DNA of 64,000 nt from an uncultured Spirochaetota bacterium (GCA_963806975.1 CAWEAK010000005.1:164855-228854), one strand, 5' to 3'; positions 1 through 12,481 are shown, numbered from the stretch's first letter. Notes: generated by a model not told the origin, from the letters alone. Numbers and translations are program-made.

Positions 1-523
1 GAAAAGCAGGAAAAACTTAAGGATTCTCAGGCTTAAGGGGGAAGACTGGTCTAAAAAGGGATTAAATTACAGAAGGATTGAGGGTGGTTTCCTTGCCCAG
101 GATTGGGATAATACAGGTATGGGAATTGAAAAATGGGATGTTGTTACAAAAAGAAAACCCTCATCCGAAGAGGAAAGAGACCTGAGATTTGCCTGGAGAA
201 TAGCGAAATACGTTAAATCCAATACCATTGTTTATGCCAGGGATGAGCAAATCATTGGAGTCGGCGCGGGGCAGATGTCAAGAGTGGATTCCGCCAAGCT
301 TGGAATAATGAAAGCTACCGAATTCGGTTTTGATATCAAGGGATCGGCTTTGGCTTCCGATGCATTTTTCCCATTCCGCGATACTGTGGACAACGCGGCT
401 AAAAGCGGAGTTACTGCCATTATACAGCCGGGCGGTTCCGTAAGGGATGAGGAATCCATAAAAGCTGCAAACGAAAATAATATAGCTATGATTTTTACCG
501 GAGTCAGACACTTTAAGCATTAG
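1..523 (+). CDS. purH: Bifunctional AICAR transformylase/IMP cyclohydrolase, C-terminal part (starts before window)
   Basis: Motifs [48 protein letters not shown]; frame is open from base 2. Confidence 0.97.
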   Translation, partial: KSRKNLRILRLKGEDWSKKGLNYRRIEGGFLAQDWDNTGMGIEKWDVVTKRKPSSEEERDLRFAWRIAKYVKSNTIVYARDEQIIGVGAGQMSRVDSAKLGIMKATEFGFDIKGSALASDAFFPFRDTVDNAAKSGVTAIIQPGGSVRDEESIKAANENNIAMIFTGVRHFKH

Positions 524-548
524 ATTTTATTTTTTCTGGGGTATTCAA

Positions 549-2432
549 ATGAAAAATAAGGAAGATCGGGGCATATTACAAAAAATCATAATAATTAATA
601 TTATAATTCCATTTCTGATGTTCATGCATAACCAGATCATTACAAATGTTTTTAATCCATATCTTTCTATTAACGCCTCGGAAAGGTTATTTGAAGCCTT
701 ATTTAAAAATTTATATATATTTATTTTCCTGGGACTGGGAATACCCGCCGCATTGTTTATCGGCTATTTTATGCTCCCCGTCAAACAGGCGCTGTCCAAT
801 AGCGAACTTATACAAAAAGCGCAAAAAAGGATAATCCGACTGCCATGGATTCTTCTCTTTATTTATACGGCCGGTTTTCTTTCGGGTCCAATTGTCGCTT
901 ACTTAATACCGGGTATAACAAAAATGAACGAATTCGAGTATGTATTCCCTGTTTCTTTTTTTGGGGGTTTTTATGCACTTTCCTTTTCCCTCATTCTAAT
1001 GGATACAATTCTTTATCCGGTAAAAAAATTATGGGGAATGCATATCCTTTCGGAAAAACAAAAAGAGCTTTCCTTAACTGTAAAATACATCATCGCCATT
1101 ATTTCAACCGGAGGCTTGATTTATGCAGTATCCCAGGCCATCGGATATTTTTATTATCTGAGAGGTAAGACAATTGATACCGGCAATCTTTTCATAATTT
1201 TGCTTTTCAATATCGGCCTGCTTCTTATATTCGGTATACTACAGGCTTACCTTATAACCAGGAATTTAATATCAATGATCCGGTATATGAGAAATTCTCT
1301 CGATACGATTATCCATGGAAAAGGCGATTTAACAAGCAGAATTAACATTATGAGTTTTGATGAAATCGGGATGCTTACCTCAGATTTTAACAGGCTCTTT
1401 GAATTTCTTGATAATATGATAGGAAAGATCAAACAAGTTTCCATTAATATGAATGTATCACAGGATATTTTGATTCACTCGATCGAAAACAACAGGCAGT
1501 TGTTTGATAGCTTTGTCGACTCAATAAATCAGATTATAAATGAAATCAACATGGAATTTTCACAATCGAATATATTAAATGAAGCGGCGCAAAAGACATT
1601 AAATAGTTCCAATCTTATTAAAAATTCTGTTGAAAAGCAGATGAATGCCGTTGATTACTCGGCATCTTCGGCGCAACAGATCGTCCAGAATATAAGAAAC
1701 GTAAACTCAATCACACAGACATTGAAGAAGAGCGTTAAAGGCCTGCTGGATAATATCAATGCCGGTAAAAAAAGCCTTCAGGATTCAATAGCCTCTATAA
1801 ATTTAATCAACACTTCTTCACAATCCCTTCTTGAGTTTAACCGGGCTATCTCCGACGTCTCGGAAAGAATAAAAATTCTTTCAATTAACGCATCGATTGA
1901 AGCTGCAAACGCAGGAAAGGCCGGGCTTGGATTTGCCGTAGTTGCCAGGGAGGTGAAAACCCTCTCGGAATCCAGCGCTAACAGCGTCAAGAATATTGAT
2001 AAGATGATTGTTGAGATGAATACTAAAATCTCAGAGGGAACTGATCTGATCAATAAAACTGCAAAGATACTTGAATCCATATTCACCAGAATTGAGGTTT
2101 TCGTTCAATCTCTTGAAAATATTTCAACCTCAATGGAAGAGCAGGAGACCGGGACAAAAACGATTATTCACGCGACCGATGATGTTATGACACAAAGCAA
2201 ATCACTCTCCGAAATGTCCCGTTCCGGAGATGAGCAAAGCCGTCAGATGAAGGAGATTTCTGATAATTTCGTCAGCATATCAAATAAGATTTTCAACCTT
2301 GCCGAGGCCCAGAAGAACAAAAACCAGCTCCTCGTAGATGTAAATAACAACTTCAAAATGATATCCGACACAATACAAAAAAGCTTTGACGAGCTTAAGG
2401 CAATCCTAAGCGAATTTGTCATAAGCAAATAA
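549..2432 (+). CDS. Methyl-accepting chemotaxis protein
   Basis: Several N-terminal TM helices, HAMP (GDLTSRI...DEIGML), signalling tip LSINASIEAANAGKAGLGFAVVAREVKTLSE. Confidence 0.93.
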   Translation: MKNKEDRGILQKIIIINIIIPFLMFMHNQIITNVFNPYLSINASERLFEALFKNLYIFIFLGLGIPAALFIGYFMLPVKQALSNSELIQKAQKRIIRLPWILLFIYTAGFLSGPIVAYLIPGITKMNEFEYVFPVSFFGGFYALSFSLILMDTILYPVKKLWGMHILSEKQKELSLTVKYIIAIISTGGLIYAVSQAIGYFYYLRGKTIDTGNLFIILLFNIGLLLIFGILQAYLITRNLISMIRYMRNSLDTIIHGKGDLTSRINIMSFDEIGMLTSDFNRLFEFLDNMIGKIKQVSINMNVSQDILIHSIENNRQLFDSFVDSINQIINEINMEFSQSNILNEAAQKTLNSSNLIKNSVEKQMNAVDYSASSAQQIVQNIRNVNSITQTLKKSVKGLLDNINAGKKSLQDSIASINLINTSSQSLLEFNRAISDVSERIKILSINASIEAANAGKAGLGFAVVAREVKTLSESSANSVKNIDKMIVEMNTKISEGTDLINKTAKILESIFTRIEVFVQSLENISTSMEEQETGTKTIIHATDDVMTQSKSLSEMSRSGDEQSRQMKEISDNFVSISNKIFNLAEAQKNKNQLLVDVNNNFKMISDTIQKSFDELKAILSEFVISK

Positions 2433-2518
2433 ACTTTTATTCCAGCTTAAATACTCATTTTAAAACTAAAACCGTCTTGAATCAATTGATCAAGCGGCAC
2501 GCTTGTTGGAGGCACATT

Positions 2519-4312
2519 GTGAATGAAATTGCGAAACCCGGGATATTTCTCAATCATATCGGTTTTTTAACAGACTCCCGGAAGAGATTGATCGCAGACG
2601 ACTCAGCTTCGGATTTTTTTGAAATACAGGATATGGCGGTAAATACAAAAGAAGAATTCGGCGAATTTGAAAACTGGAAAACAATTTTCAGGGGTGAATT
2701 AAAACGTCTGAAGACGGATATGGGAACTTTTCTTACCGGAGATTTTTCCAGCTTAAAAATACCAGGGGTATACAGGGCTCTTATTCCAGGAAATGATTCA
2801 AGATCCTTCATTTTTTTGATAAGCGACGGGGCTTATACTCTTCTTCCCGATCTTTTTTTTAATTTTATACACATACGCCGCTCTGGAGATTTCGATAGTC
2901 CTTTCCGGAACCCGTCTCATCTGGATGACGGAATCAGAAACGACACTCATAAACCTTACAATGTAAGCAGAGGCTGGTACGATGCCGGGGATTTGCGGAA
3001 ATGGATGACTCACGCTAATTACCCTGTTTTCGGATTTCTGGATTTTTCCAGCCGTAAGGAATTTTTCAGGTCTTCCCTGGCTGATGAAAACATCAGCAGG
3101 AACGATTGGATAACGGAAAGTGCCTGGGCGATTAGTTATATTTTATCAATGCAGGATAAAGAAAGCGGTCAGTTTTTCGAAGAGACCGGAGGCGGTGGTG
3201 AAGCGCGCCGGTATAGCGGGATGTCCTGGTGGTATGATAATCATTCAGGGTGTTATGCGGACAATTCGCAGAATTATTTTACGGATAATAAACCCGGTTC
3301 AGGTGACGAACGCTTAATCCGAACAGATTACAACCCGATTGTCCAGTATGTTTCGATCACATTGCTTTGCAGATTTGCAAAGGCTATAGCGGCTGAAAAG
3401 TTAGAATTGGCAAAGCAATGCCTTAATTCGGCACAAAGGGCATGGATTTATACAAACAGCAAAAAAACAGATGATCCGCTTCATAAATGGACTTCGGTCA
3501 GGGCATGGAGACTATCAGCCCAATTGGCGCTTTTTATTAATAATATCGGCAGCCAAAAGGAAATATTTTTATCGTTTGAAGAAATTGAGGAATGCTTCAA
3601 TGATAAAATTTCTTATTTTATGATGGAAAAGGACGGTAATGAGCCTTACAGGGGAATTATTCATTCAGCATTCCCCATTCTGGCTTTATGCGAATTTATA
3701 GAATATTTTCCTCAGAGTCCGGAAGCAAGCCGGGCAAAAGGAATTTTACTTAAGATCATTGAAGGATATGTAATGCCTTTGACGCAGACAAATCCTTTCG
3801 GAATAATGCCCTATGGTCTTTTTTCCGCGCCCAGTACTCTGGATGATAATTACCGCGAGTGGAAAAACGGGTTTTATTACAGATTTTTTATGCCGGATCA
3901 TTCATCGCAAAGGATAAGTCATGGCTTATCAAGCCATTGGACGCAATGGGCTCACGCTCTGTCTTTCTGTGCCGATATTTTAAAGCTGCCGGAATTGAGA
4001 GATACCGCCTGGGACCAGCTTTACTGGCTGTTCGGCGGAAATCCGCTGAACGCTTGTATGGTAAGCGGAATCGGTTATAATAATCCTATGCCTCATTCCA
4101 GATTTCACGGTATGATTCCCGGCGGTTTTATGATCGGGCCGCGCGGAAATGAAAAGGATGAAATAAGTATCGATCTTGACCGCCATGCAGAATGGAATAG
4201 TACCGAATATTGGAATTATCCTGTCGGCAACACATTGCAGGCCTTTCACAGGCTATTTCCAATGAACTTTGACCGGGATAAAAAATTGGGTATAAAAAAC
4301 CCGAATTTATAA
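2519..4312 (+). CDS. Glycoside hydrolase family 9 protein, no obvious signal peptide
   Basis: GWYDAGD motif and DQLYWLFGGNP...VSGIG motif; GTG at 2519 follows a GGAGG RBS. Confidence 0.82.
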   Translation: MNEIAKPGIFLNHIGFLTDSRKRLIADDSASDFFEIQDMAVNTKEEFGEFENWKTIFRGELKRLKTDMGTFLTGDFSSLKIPGVYRALIPGNDSRSFIFLISDGAYTLLPDLFFNFIHIRRSGDFDSPFRNPSHLDDGIRNDTHKPYNVSRGWYDAGDLRKWMTHANYPVFGFLDFSSRKEFFRSSLADENISRNDWITESAWAISYILSMQDKESGQFFEETGGGGEARRYSGMSWWYDNHSGCYADNSQNYFTDNKPGSGDERLIRTDYNPIVQYVSITLLCRFAKAIAAEKLELAKQCLNSAQRAWIYTNSKKTDDPLHKWTSVRAWRLSAQLALFINNIGSQKEIFLSFEEIEECFNDKISYFMMEKDGNEPYRGIIHSAFPILALCEFIEYFPQSPEASRAKGILLKIIEGYVMPLTQTNPFGIMPYGLFSAPSTLDDNYREWKNGFYYRFFMPDHSSQRISHGLSSHWTQWAHALSFCADILKLPELRDTAWDQLYWLFGGNPLNACMVSGIGYNNPMPHSRFHGMIPGGFMIGPRGNEKDEISIDLDRHAEWNSTEYWNYPVGNTLQAFHRLFPMNFDRDKKLGIKNPNL

Positions 4313-4530
4313 TATCTTTATAAATTTTACCATAAATACCGATTGGTGGATATTTCCGATAGATAAACGTTATAATGTGCTCGACCGCCTTACTATTGAG
4401 AGAAGTCTTAAGTAATTTCATAATAAAAATGATTTTGAGTTGATTTATATAAGCAGTATATTTATATTTATAATATCAGGGAAGTCAATGGTAATTAACT
4501 ATAGTTAATTTGTTTCATGAGAGGGATTTA

Positions 4531-5379
4531 ATGAAAAAGTTGTTGATTTGTTTGTTATTGTTTTTGTTTGCCGCCAGTTTATTTCCTGCGGATAAAATGA
4601 CAGATTGGGAAAAAGACGGGTTAAAAGGTAAAGTCAAAGAATTAATCACTCTTACTTATGACATTAAAAACAATTTTGGCGAGGATAGCAGGGTATTAAC
4701 CTCTAAAACTATTTCTAAATATGATGAAAACGGGATTAAGCTTGAAGAGGATGTATATGATGCTGAAGGCTCCTTATCAGAGAAATATGATTATAAATAT
4801 GATGAAAATGGGAATAGGATTGAAGAGGCAAAGTATAAAACAGATGAGTCTTTATCAGAGAAACAAGTTGATAAATATGATGACAGTGGAAATGTGACCG
4901 AAGAGGCTGTATATAATGATGACGGCTCTTTATCGGAAAAATATGTTTATAAATATGACGGCAGCGGGAATGTGATTGAAGAGACCGACTATAATGCGGA
5001 TGGGTCTTTATCGGAGAAACATGTTTATAAATATGACGCTAATGGAAATGTGATTGAAGAGGCTGGCTATAATGTTGACGGCTCTTTATTAGAGAAATAT
5101 GGTTATAAATATGACGGCAGCGGGAATGTGATCGAAGAGGCTGACTATAATGCGGATGGGTCTTTATCGGAGAAATATGATTATAAATATGACGGCAGTG
5201 GGAATGTGATTGAAGAGGCTGGCTTTAATGCTGACGGGTCACATGTTTATAAATATAAATATGATGACACCGGGAATAAAATTAAAGCGTTGTATGAATC
5301 AAAAGATTTCCGGCAAAGCAATGAAACATTAACTGAGTCTATAAAACAAGAAACAGAATATCATTATATATATTATTAA
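4531..5379 (+). CDS. Secreted YD/RHS-like repeat protein
   Basis: Signal peptide MKKLLICLLL, LKGKVK motif, about seven 24-aa repeats YKYDGSGNVIEEAxYNADGSLSEK. Confidence 0.8.
   Translation: MKKLLICLLLFLFAASLFPADKMTDWEKDGLKGKVKELITLTYDIKNNFGEDSRVLTSKTISKYDENGIKLEEDVYDAEGSLSEKYDYKYDENGNRIEEAKYKTDESLSEKQVDKYDDSGNVTEEAVYNDDGSLSEKYVYKYDGSGNVIEETDYNADGSLSEKHVYKYDANGNVIEEAGYNVDGSLLEKYGYKYDGSGNVIEEADYNADGSLSEKYDYKYDGSGNVIEEAGFNADGSHVYKYKYDDTGNKIKALYESKDFRQSNETLTESIKQETEYHYIYY
4777..5280 (+). repeat. Intragenic 72-bp tandem repeats
   Basis: Recurring ttataaatatgacggcagcgggaatgtgattgaagag...tctttatcggagaaa units. Confidence 0.85.
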
Positions 5380-5503
5380 AAATTAAATTATTCACTTTCC
5401 ACACCTCTTTTTTTGTTTTATTTTCAATTGTTTTTTGCCATTTTCTAATAATTTCATTATTATTCTTAATATAAACAACAGGATTTGGCTAAAAGGAGGA
5501 AAA

Positions 5504-6214
5504 ATGAAAAGGATTATAATATCTTTATTAACAATATTTACTTTCGCGCTAGTCTATTCAATGGATGTAAACATTCTTATGAATGACGGCTCGATTGTAA
5601 AGGGCGCGCTTATCGGCAAGACTTCGGAAGAAGTATATATACAGGATACTAACAACCAGACGTTTTCAGTATGGGTAAACGACATTAAGTCTGCTTTCGA
5701 CGCGGATACTGGCGACCAAATCGATCTTAACGCCGGCAGCGCTTCATCCTCAATTCAGGAGGACACAGTAATAACAAATGTCGTTGCTCCCGAACCGGAT
5801 GTGGTTGTGATTCCAAATACATACGTTTATTATTACACCTATGATAATTATGATTGCTTCTTTTACGGGGGGTTCTGGTGGAGACCATGGCACGGAGTCT
5901 GGTATAGGTCTACTTTTTATAATTACGGATGGGTCGTAATAAATCCCGGGCTGGTACCTTATAATGTGTCTCACCTGCCTCCAAGCTGGAGGGGAGATAT
6001 TGTAAGTGCCCCGAGGATAGGCTGGGGAGACGCCAGGTTACACTGGCATGAATGGGAAAGGTCAAGATATTGGGGTAGAGTCGGCTGGAGAAGAGAAGCT
6101 GTAATAAGGCACAATGACAGGGAATCAGTTAGAGAAATCCATGTCAAAGAAGCGCCCGCCAGGGAAAAGAGGAAGGCCGTGTCCGAAAAGGGTAGAAAGA
6201 GAGAAAAAGATTGA
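5504..6214 (+). CDS. Secreted hypothetical protein with Trp/Tyr/Pro-rich region and basic tail
   Basis: AGGAGG RBS, signal peptide, FFYGGFWWRPWHGVWYRS segment. Confidence 0.7.
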   Translation: MKRIIISLLTIFTFALVYSMDVNILMNDGSIVKGALIGKTSEEVYIQDTNNQTFSVWVNDIKSAFDADTGDQIDLNAGSASSSIQEDTVITNVVAPEPDVVVIPNTYVYYYTYDNYDCFFYGGFWWRPWHGVWYRSTFYNYGWVVINPGLVPYNVSHLPPSWRGDIVSAPRIGWGDARLHWHEWERSRYWGRVGWRREAVIRHNDRESVREIHVKEAPAREKRKAVSEKGRKREKD

Positions 6215-6343
6215 TAGTAAATAGATTTTATGGGATTCAATATATTAGAAAAGCAATATGATGTTGTAATAAGGAATAATAACTCACTGAGCTATTTCAA
6301 GCCAACAAAAAGTTATATTTCTTATTAATTTGTAGATTTAAAA

Positions 6344-7993
6344 TCATGAAAAAAAAGCATTAACATTGCCCGCTTTTTTATGCGCCTCATCCGCCTTTGA
6401 ATTGATTGATTGCATCCGAATCGCCTTAATTCCATAAGAGAGGTCATGAGCCAATTCTGTAAGCAGACGCTCTTCATCATCGGAAAAAGGATCGGGATCC
6501 TTTGAATATATCGTTATTGCCCCGAATGTTTTGCCGCCGGTTATCATTGGAATAGCAATTGAAGATGAATACCCTCTTTTAACAGCTTCTTTACGCCAGG
6601 GTTTAAAAGCCGGGTCTGTAAGCATGTTTCTGCATTTGCTTGCCTTTCCCGTACGGATGGCAGTGCCTGTAGGCCCGCGGCCGCGTTCAGTGTCCGCCCA
6701 TGAGATTTTCAGGGTTTCAAGATACCCTTCTTCGAACCCGGCATAGGCAACAGGCCTGACTGATTTATTTTCATCCTCCTCTGCATATCCGATCCATAAC
6801 ATTTTATAATTACAGCTTTCCAGAACAAGATTACATACTTCTCTTAAATAATCCTTTTCATTACTGGCATAAACCATAGCATGACTGCTGTCATAAAGAG
6901 CTTTGAGAGTCCGGTTCAACTTTTGAAGTTCGGCTTCAGACTTTTTTCGCTCGGTAATATCAATCAAATAAAACCTGACAACTTTAAGCATATTTGATAC
7001 ATGAAAGGTTACTCCAAATATCAGGTCCTTAATAATAATTTCACGGTAAAAAGTCTGGCTATCTTTATCTTGATCCAATGTCTTTAAAATTTTATCCAGA
7101 TCATACGGCAAGAAAATTCGAAAATCGCTTCCGGGAGCATATTTCTCCAAAACCGCTTTGGCTGCTTCATTCATGAAAGTAAGTTTTCCGGTCAGATCCA
7201 ATTCGATAACCGGGTTCGGATTCAGCTGGGGAAATGATGCAAGATGTTTAATTTCCCTCTCAGCCAGCTTTTGATCGGTAATGTCCTCAACAAGCGACAT
7301 AACAGAGGATATATGTCCATTTTTATCAAGCAAGACGGAGTTATACCAAGTACATTCGATGATATCGCCCGATCTGGTAATATTGCGGTGGGAAGAAATA
7401 ACCTTTTTTTCGCTCCCGCTGACCAGCCGTTCCATAGTATGATTGACAATGGGGATGTCCTCTGCATAAATTATATTAAGAGAGTCGACCAGCTTTCCGA
7501 GAACCTCTTCTTTTTTCCAGCCGAAAATTCGTTCAGCCTCTAAAGACCATTGGGTTACTACGAAATTATAGTCCCATTCCACAATGGCAAGGGGTGAATT
7601 TTCAAAGTGAAATTTTAATCTTTGCTCACTTTCTCTCAATGCATCTTCCAGCTTTTTTTGTTCTGTAATATCCACCATCACCGCATAACATTCTTTAATA
7701 TTTGATTTGTTATCATTGTTAATAACTGCTTCTATATGGACATAAATTTCCGTAAGGTTATTGAATTGAAGCTTAATCTCACAATCGGTCATGACTTCTT
7801 TTTCGAAAAGTTCTTTTAAAAATGTATTGAAAACAGGTCTTGATTCTAATTTTACAAATTCCAGAAAATCACGGTTCACCAAAGATGAACGCTTTGAGTT
7901 TAACAACATTGAACCGGTTTTGTTGATATCCATTATGACGCCATTCCGGTTTAGAACCAGATAACAGGTTCGGTCTATTGCAAAGAATTGCAT
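6344..7993 (-). CDS. PAS-PAS-PAS-GAF sensory protein without output domain
   Basis: Three PAS/PAC ends (DITEQK, DITDQK, DITERK), then GAF (GRGPTGTAIRTG, SSIAIPM, GAITIYS); stop shortly after GAF; start uncertain (7993 or 8005). Confidence 0.85.
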   Translation of the reverse strand: MQFFAIDRTCYLVLNRNGVIMDINKTGSMLLNSKRSSLVNRDFLEFVKLESRPVFNTFLKELFEKEVMTDCEIKLQFNNLTEIYVHIEAVINNDNKSNIKECYAVMVDITEQKKLEDALRESEQRLKFHFENSPLAIVEWDYNFVVTQWSLEAERIFGWKKEEVLGKLVDSLNIIYAEDIPIVNHTMERLVSGSEKKVISSHRNITRSGDIIECTWYNSVLLDKNGHISSVMSLVEDITDQKLAEREIKHLASFPQLNPNPVIELDLTGKLTFMNEAAKAVLEKYAPGSDFRIFLPYDLDKILKTLDQDKDSQTFYREIIIKDLIFGVTFHVSNMLKVVRFYLIDITERKKSEAELQKLNRTLKALYDSSHAMVYASNEKDYLREVCNLVLESCNYKMLWIGYAEEDENKSVRPVAYAGFEEGYLETLKISWADTERGRGPTGTAIRTGKASKCRNMLTDPAFKPWRKEAVKRGYSSSIAIPMITGGKTFGAITIYSKDPDPFSDDEERLLTELAHDLSYGIKAIRMQSINSKADEAHKKAGNVNAFFS

Positions 7994-8127
7994 AAACAAC
8001 CCCAAGGCTTATTATTATAATTTTATAATATTCTTGAATAGTTATCAAATATTCTTTATATAAAAATAATTATTTTTATGAATTACAAGATTAACCAAAC
8101 TTTTCTTATTTATTCTTAAGAATAAAT

Positions 8128-8159
8128 GTATCATTTGATACATATGTATCAAATGATAC
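8128..8159. promoter_or_regulatory. 32-bp double palindrome, putative enhancer (UAS) copy A
   Basis: GTATCATTTGATAC-ATAT-GTATCAAATGATAC, a perfect inverted repeat. Confidence 0.75.
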
Positions 8160-8281
8160 GGAATATTTTAATTTTTTATATTTTGTTAAAATTTTGAGTA
8201 TTGACAATTGTAATTTTATAAGCAGACAATATAAGTAAATAAATATAAATCGCGGAATCAAATATATCTCATTTGTAATTA

Positions 8282-8297
8282 TGGTATAATTATTGCT
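8282..8297 (+). promoter_or_regulatory. Putative sigma54 -24/-12 promoter A
   Basis: TGGTATAATTATTGCT = GG-N10-GC. Confidence 0.7.
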
Positions 8298-8434
8298 GAA
8301 AATATTGCTGTGTGATGGATAGAATTGTGCTTAATACTGAGTTGCAGTCATAACAACCATTGTATAATTCAGCTTCAGCATGGTATTTATTATTATCTGC
8401 GAAAAAAAACAAAATAAAAAATGGGAGCTTTGAT

Positions 8435-11400
8435 ATGAAATCAGGGATTTTTTTATTCAGTATATTTCTATTCCTTTCGCTTTATTCCTGTGGGACACAG
8501 AAAATAACGGAAAAGTACAAAATCACCGATATTTCCGGTTACTCGGAAGGCAGGGCAGCTTTTCAGGCCTACAACCGCTGGGGATATCTCGATCAAAAAT
8601 GGGAGATCGCAGTTTCACCCCAATTTATGGAAGCCGGTAAATTCTCCGAGGAACTTGCTCCGGTTTTATTGAACAAGAAATGGGGCTACATAAGTACGGA
8701 CGGAAAATTTCAGATTAATCCGCATTATGAAAGAGCGGAAGAGTTCTCTGAAGGTCTTGCGGCTGTGGAAGAGGATGGATTGTGGGGATTATATCGATAA
8801 ATCCGGTAAAATTATAATCAAGCCCCAGTTTGACGGAGCTAAACCTTTCCAGAGCCGGAGGGCGGCTGTCGAGACCGGAGGAAGATGGGGTTATGTTAAC
8901 CATGACGGACTTTACCGGGTAAATCCAACATTCGCTGATGCTGCTTCCTATGAGAACAATTACGCTCTTACTGCATATAAATTGGGAAAGGACGGCTGGG
9001 GCATTATCAATGATAAGGGAGAATACATAATGCGTCCTGATTTTGACGATGGACTTCCTTTTTCCGATGGACTGGCCGCGGTCAAGGATGATGAGTTATG
9101 GGGATTCATCGATTCAAAAGGCAGAATTGCAGTTAATCCGCAATATGAGAGTGCTCTTTCATTTTCAGAAGGGCTTGCTCCGGTTCGATCCGGTGGGAAA
9201 TGGGGCTATATCAATAAAGAAGGCCGGGTAGTAATTCCTTTCCAATACGATAATGCCGGAATATTTTCAGGGGGATTTGCAGCAGTAAAGACACCTGAGT
9301 ATTTACAGTATATTGACAATTCAGGCAAAGTCCGCTATCAGATTCAGATTATACAGGATAACGGTAGTACTGTTAAGGCTCAGACTTTGAATCTGCAGGG
9401 GAAAAAACCCTGGCAGGAATACGCTATTCCTCTCTGGGAAAATAGCGACATGAGCGGAGGCTTCAGGGACATGACTCTCCATAGTTTCGGTGCACTCGAC
9501 AGTCTGATAGAGCTGCATCAGAACCTGGTAAAGATTACATACCGGGTAAACGTTAACTTCAATATGGGAGCGACTGTAAATACGAATACAAATAGTGCAA
9601 GCTGGGCCAAAGTTACGGAAGAAGAACTCAGATTTAAAGACAGGGCTTTTTCCGATACCCCCTACTATACGATGGTTAATCCCAGGATTATATCTGACGG
9701 TACTTTCATTTATATATTCGGTCTGGGAAGCAGAGCTGGAGTAAGGGATAAAGTTTATTTATATTGTTTTAAATACGGATTAAACGGCGGTGCGAAACTG
9801 GTTTCCGTTCCTGAAATCCGGTGCATTACAAATATTCAAAACAACCGGACAAATATAACCTTTGATTATAAAGATAATGATGGACATTATTACTATCTTG
9901 AGCCTTTTATGTATGAATTGGCTGGATTGGGCGGGAAGAAAGGTCTGGATGCAAACGCCTCATATTCCGTTAAGCTTTTACTTACCCTTGTGGAGGGTCA
10001 GAACCGATGGATTGTGTCTTATGGCTGTAATCCGGACAATGTCAGCCAGGTCAGAATCCTGAATTTCAGAAAGGATGAAAAGAGTGGGCTTCCGACTCTT
10101 GAAGATTATAAAATTAAGTTCTATAATGAATCGAACCGCACCGCTGAAGTAATAACACTTCCAGGTCTGCAGAAATGCACAATCTATGGAGCCGGCTCAT
10201 CCCTAACAAATGAAGATACTGTTGATCCCCTCAATTTCAAGATAAATTTAAAAAAGTCGCTCATTTCAGAAATAGGCGTCAGCGGTGAATATTATGTCAT
10301 CAGAGAAAACATAACAAATGGACAGGGAAACACCAGCGCTCTGCCTGCCGAAACGCTGCCGTTATTACCTGGCTTTCGGGACGGATGAGCCCAAAGATCA
10401 TTATACGAATAATACAACACCTTCTTTTTATAGTTTTAAGGTCCTAAACAGCGGTTTGATTATGCCGGATGTACCGGAAGGCGCTGATCCAGCCAACTCT
10501 TTAGTTCAATTTTATGAAGATCGAAACAAAGGATTTGACGGTAATTCGGCTCGCAGCAGAAGCTGTCCGATGCTATTCGGTAGTATGGACGGTTACCTGC
10601 ACCTATATTTTTCAGGTGTGAATAAAGGAGATTACTATTTAAACTATTATACACCGAATAATACAAGAAAATTCCTGGAAAAAATGGTTTATAGTGAGAT
10701 AATACATCAGGTTATATATGACCCGGCCATCGGAAAATTTATAGATGGAACTATCCCGGTTAATGAAAATCTGAAGCAGATTGAGCCTAAATGGAATTCG
10801 AAAATCAGCGAGTACCATCCTTTAAACAGTGATTACGGCGGCTGGTATCATCTTGAAAGAAACGGAAATAAAAGCATTGGATACATTTTAATCGGCGATA
10901 TGACCGCGATTGATTATCTTGGAAATTATGGAGACCATGTCAGGGGCCATTACTGGGCCGGAGGTTTTAATACAATCACAGATGGAGACAGAACCGTCAA
11001 AGATTTTTATTATAGATGGGAAAGAGGACTTGATGTTATTGAAACGATGGGATTAAAAACCGATGGGACGCAAACACGCGGATCGGTTTATCGTATTTCT
11101 AGAATGCGGAACCAGAGCTCAGGCGGGTCAACGTTTGTCGAAACGGTTTGCGATGATATTTCCGCGAAATATGTTGGAGACGCAGTTGTCAACGAGACTC
11201 TAATCGGTTATATCGAAGGTGCTCCGCCTGTTCCGGTTGTCAACATGGATATGAGGCCTAATTATGAAAAAGCCTCTGCCATTGATATAGCAAACCGTTC
11301 TACCGACGCAAAAATTTCAACCTTCGACAGGGAAATTGCTCCGGGTATGCTTTGCGAGGGTAAAGCCTCATTCCCGGCCGCAGGAATCCGCTGGAAGTTT

Positions 11401-12465
11401 GAAACGGAATACGGCTTCACCACCAAGAGAAAGGTTGAATCCGCCACAGAAACCCTTGATAAAAAAACAGTCTATTTCAGTTATAATAAAGGCGAAAAAA
11501 TGACCACCTGGGGTAATGCATTCGTGCGCGGAACTACTGCGAAAGTCTATGCTTTGACAAGAAGCGATAATACTGTTATTTCCTATCAGCTTGGAGACAT
11601 ACAGGATGATACAACAATTATGCCGATTACTTTTAAAATAAGCGATGATTATATCCGTCAGGGTGATCTTCAAAGCTATCAAAAGTTAGACAGGCCTGCG
11701 CTCGATTCAAAGATACAGGCTTCCGAAGCCAATTATCAATTTGTGTACGATGATATGAATCCCTATAATCTTGCGGTTGGAAGCGATGATTTTAAAGAAA
11801 CGGCAAAGATAAAGAACAGGCAGTTCCGCCAGAGTTACTGCTGGGCTTATGACGGCGACAATCAACTGATTAAGAACTATTCCTTCTCCGATGAAAACAG
11901 CTACGGCGGATCTTTCAGCCTGAAAACGGCTTTTGGTTTATACATTGCATGGGATGTTTCAGCCGGATTTATCATTCAAACAAAGATAGCCAGCGGAGAA
12001 TTGAGCGTCCTGGGTACTTTCAGGCTGAATGTTGCCCGTTCAAAGGGTGAGAAGAAAAGCGAAGCCATCAATTATAATCTGGATGCCTCCGGAGAAAGAC
12101 AGGGCATAAAACAAGGCGGGAAATGGACGAATCCGAATAAAATTTACGCTTATCATTTCTACACTTACTGTCTGGCTCAGGATGCCAATAATTTTGAGGC
12201 TTTCTTTAATGACGTTGTGGATAAGGACTGGCTGACGAATGACAAAAATCCTTATGCACATCATCAGGAAGCCAAACGTTTGAGAGAACTGTCGGGAAGG
12301 CATAGCGACCCCTGGCGTATAACATACCGTGTGACCGAAATTCATAAATGCGGCGACTCTACACTTGAAGCTGCAAATTTAGGGGTACCGGATAGTATTA
12401 ACGATGAGGAAGCCGGCCGGATTATAATTGAGGATATGACTAATTATTATCAGCAGACTGAATAA
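8435..12465 (+). CDS. Large WG-repeat lipoprotein (~1342 aa once two +1 frameshifts near 8790 and 10360 are corrected)
   Basis: Lipobox-like LSLYSC, about seven FSEGLAxV...WGYID repeats, long unassigned C-terminal region; removing one base at each junction gives WGYID and ETLRYYLAF. Confidence 0.7.
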
Positions 12466-12481
12466 AAAGGAGGATTATTCT

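Noticed and set aside
4531-5379. RHS polymorphic toxin
   Set aside because: Short, Sec-exported, with no RHS core motif or toxin tip
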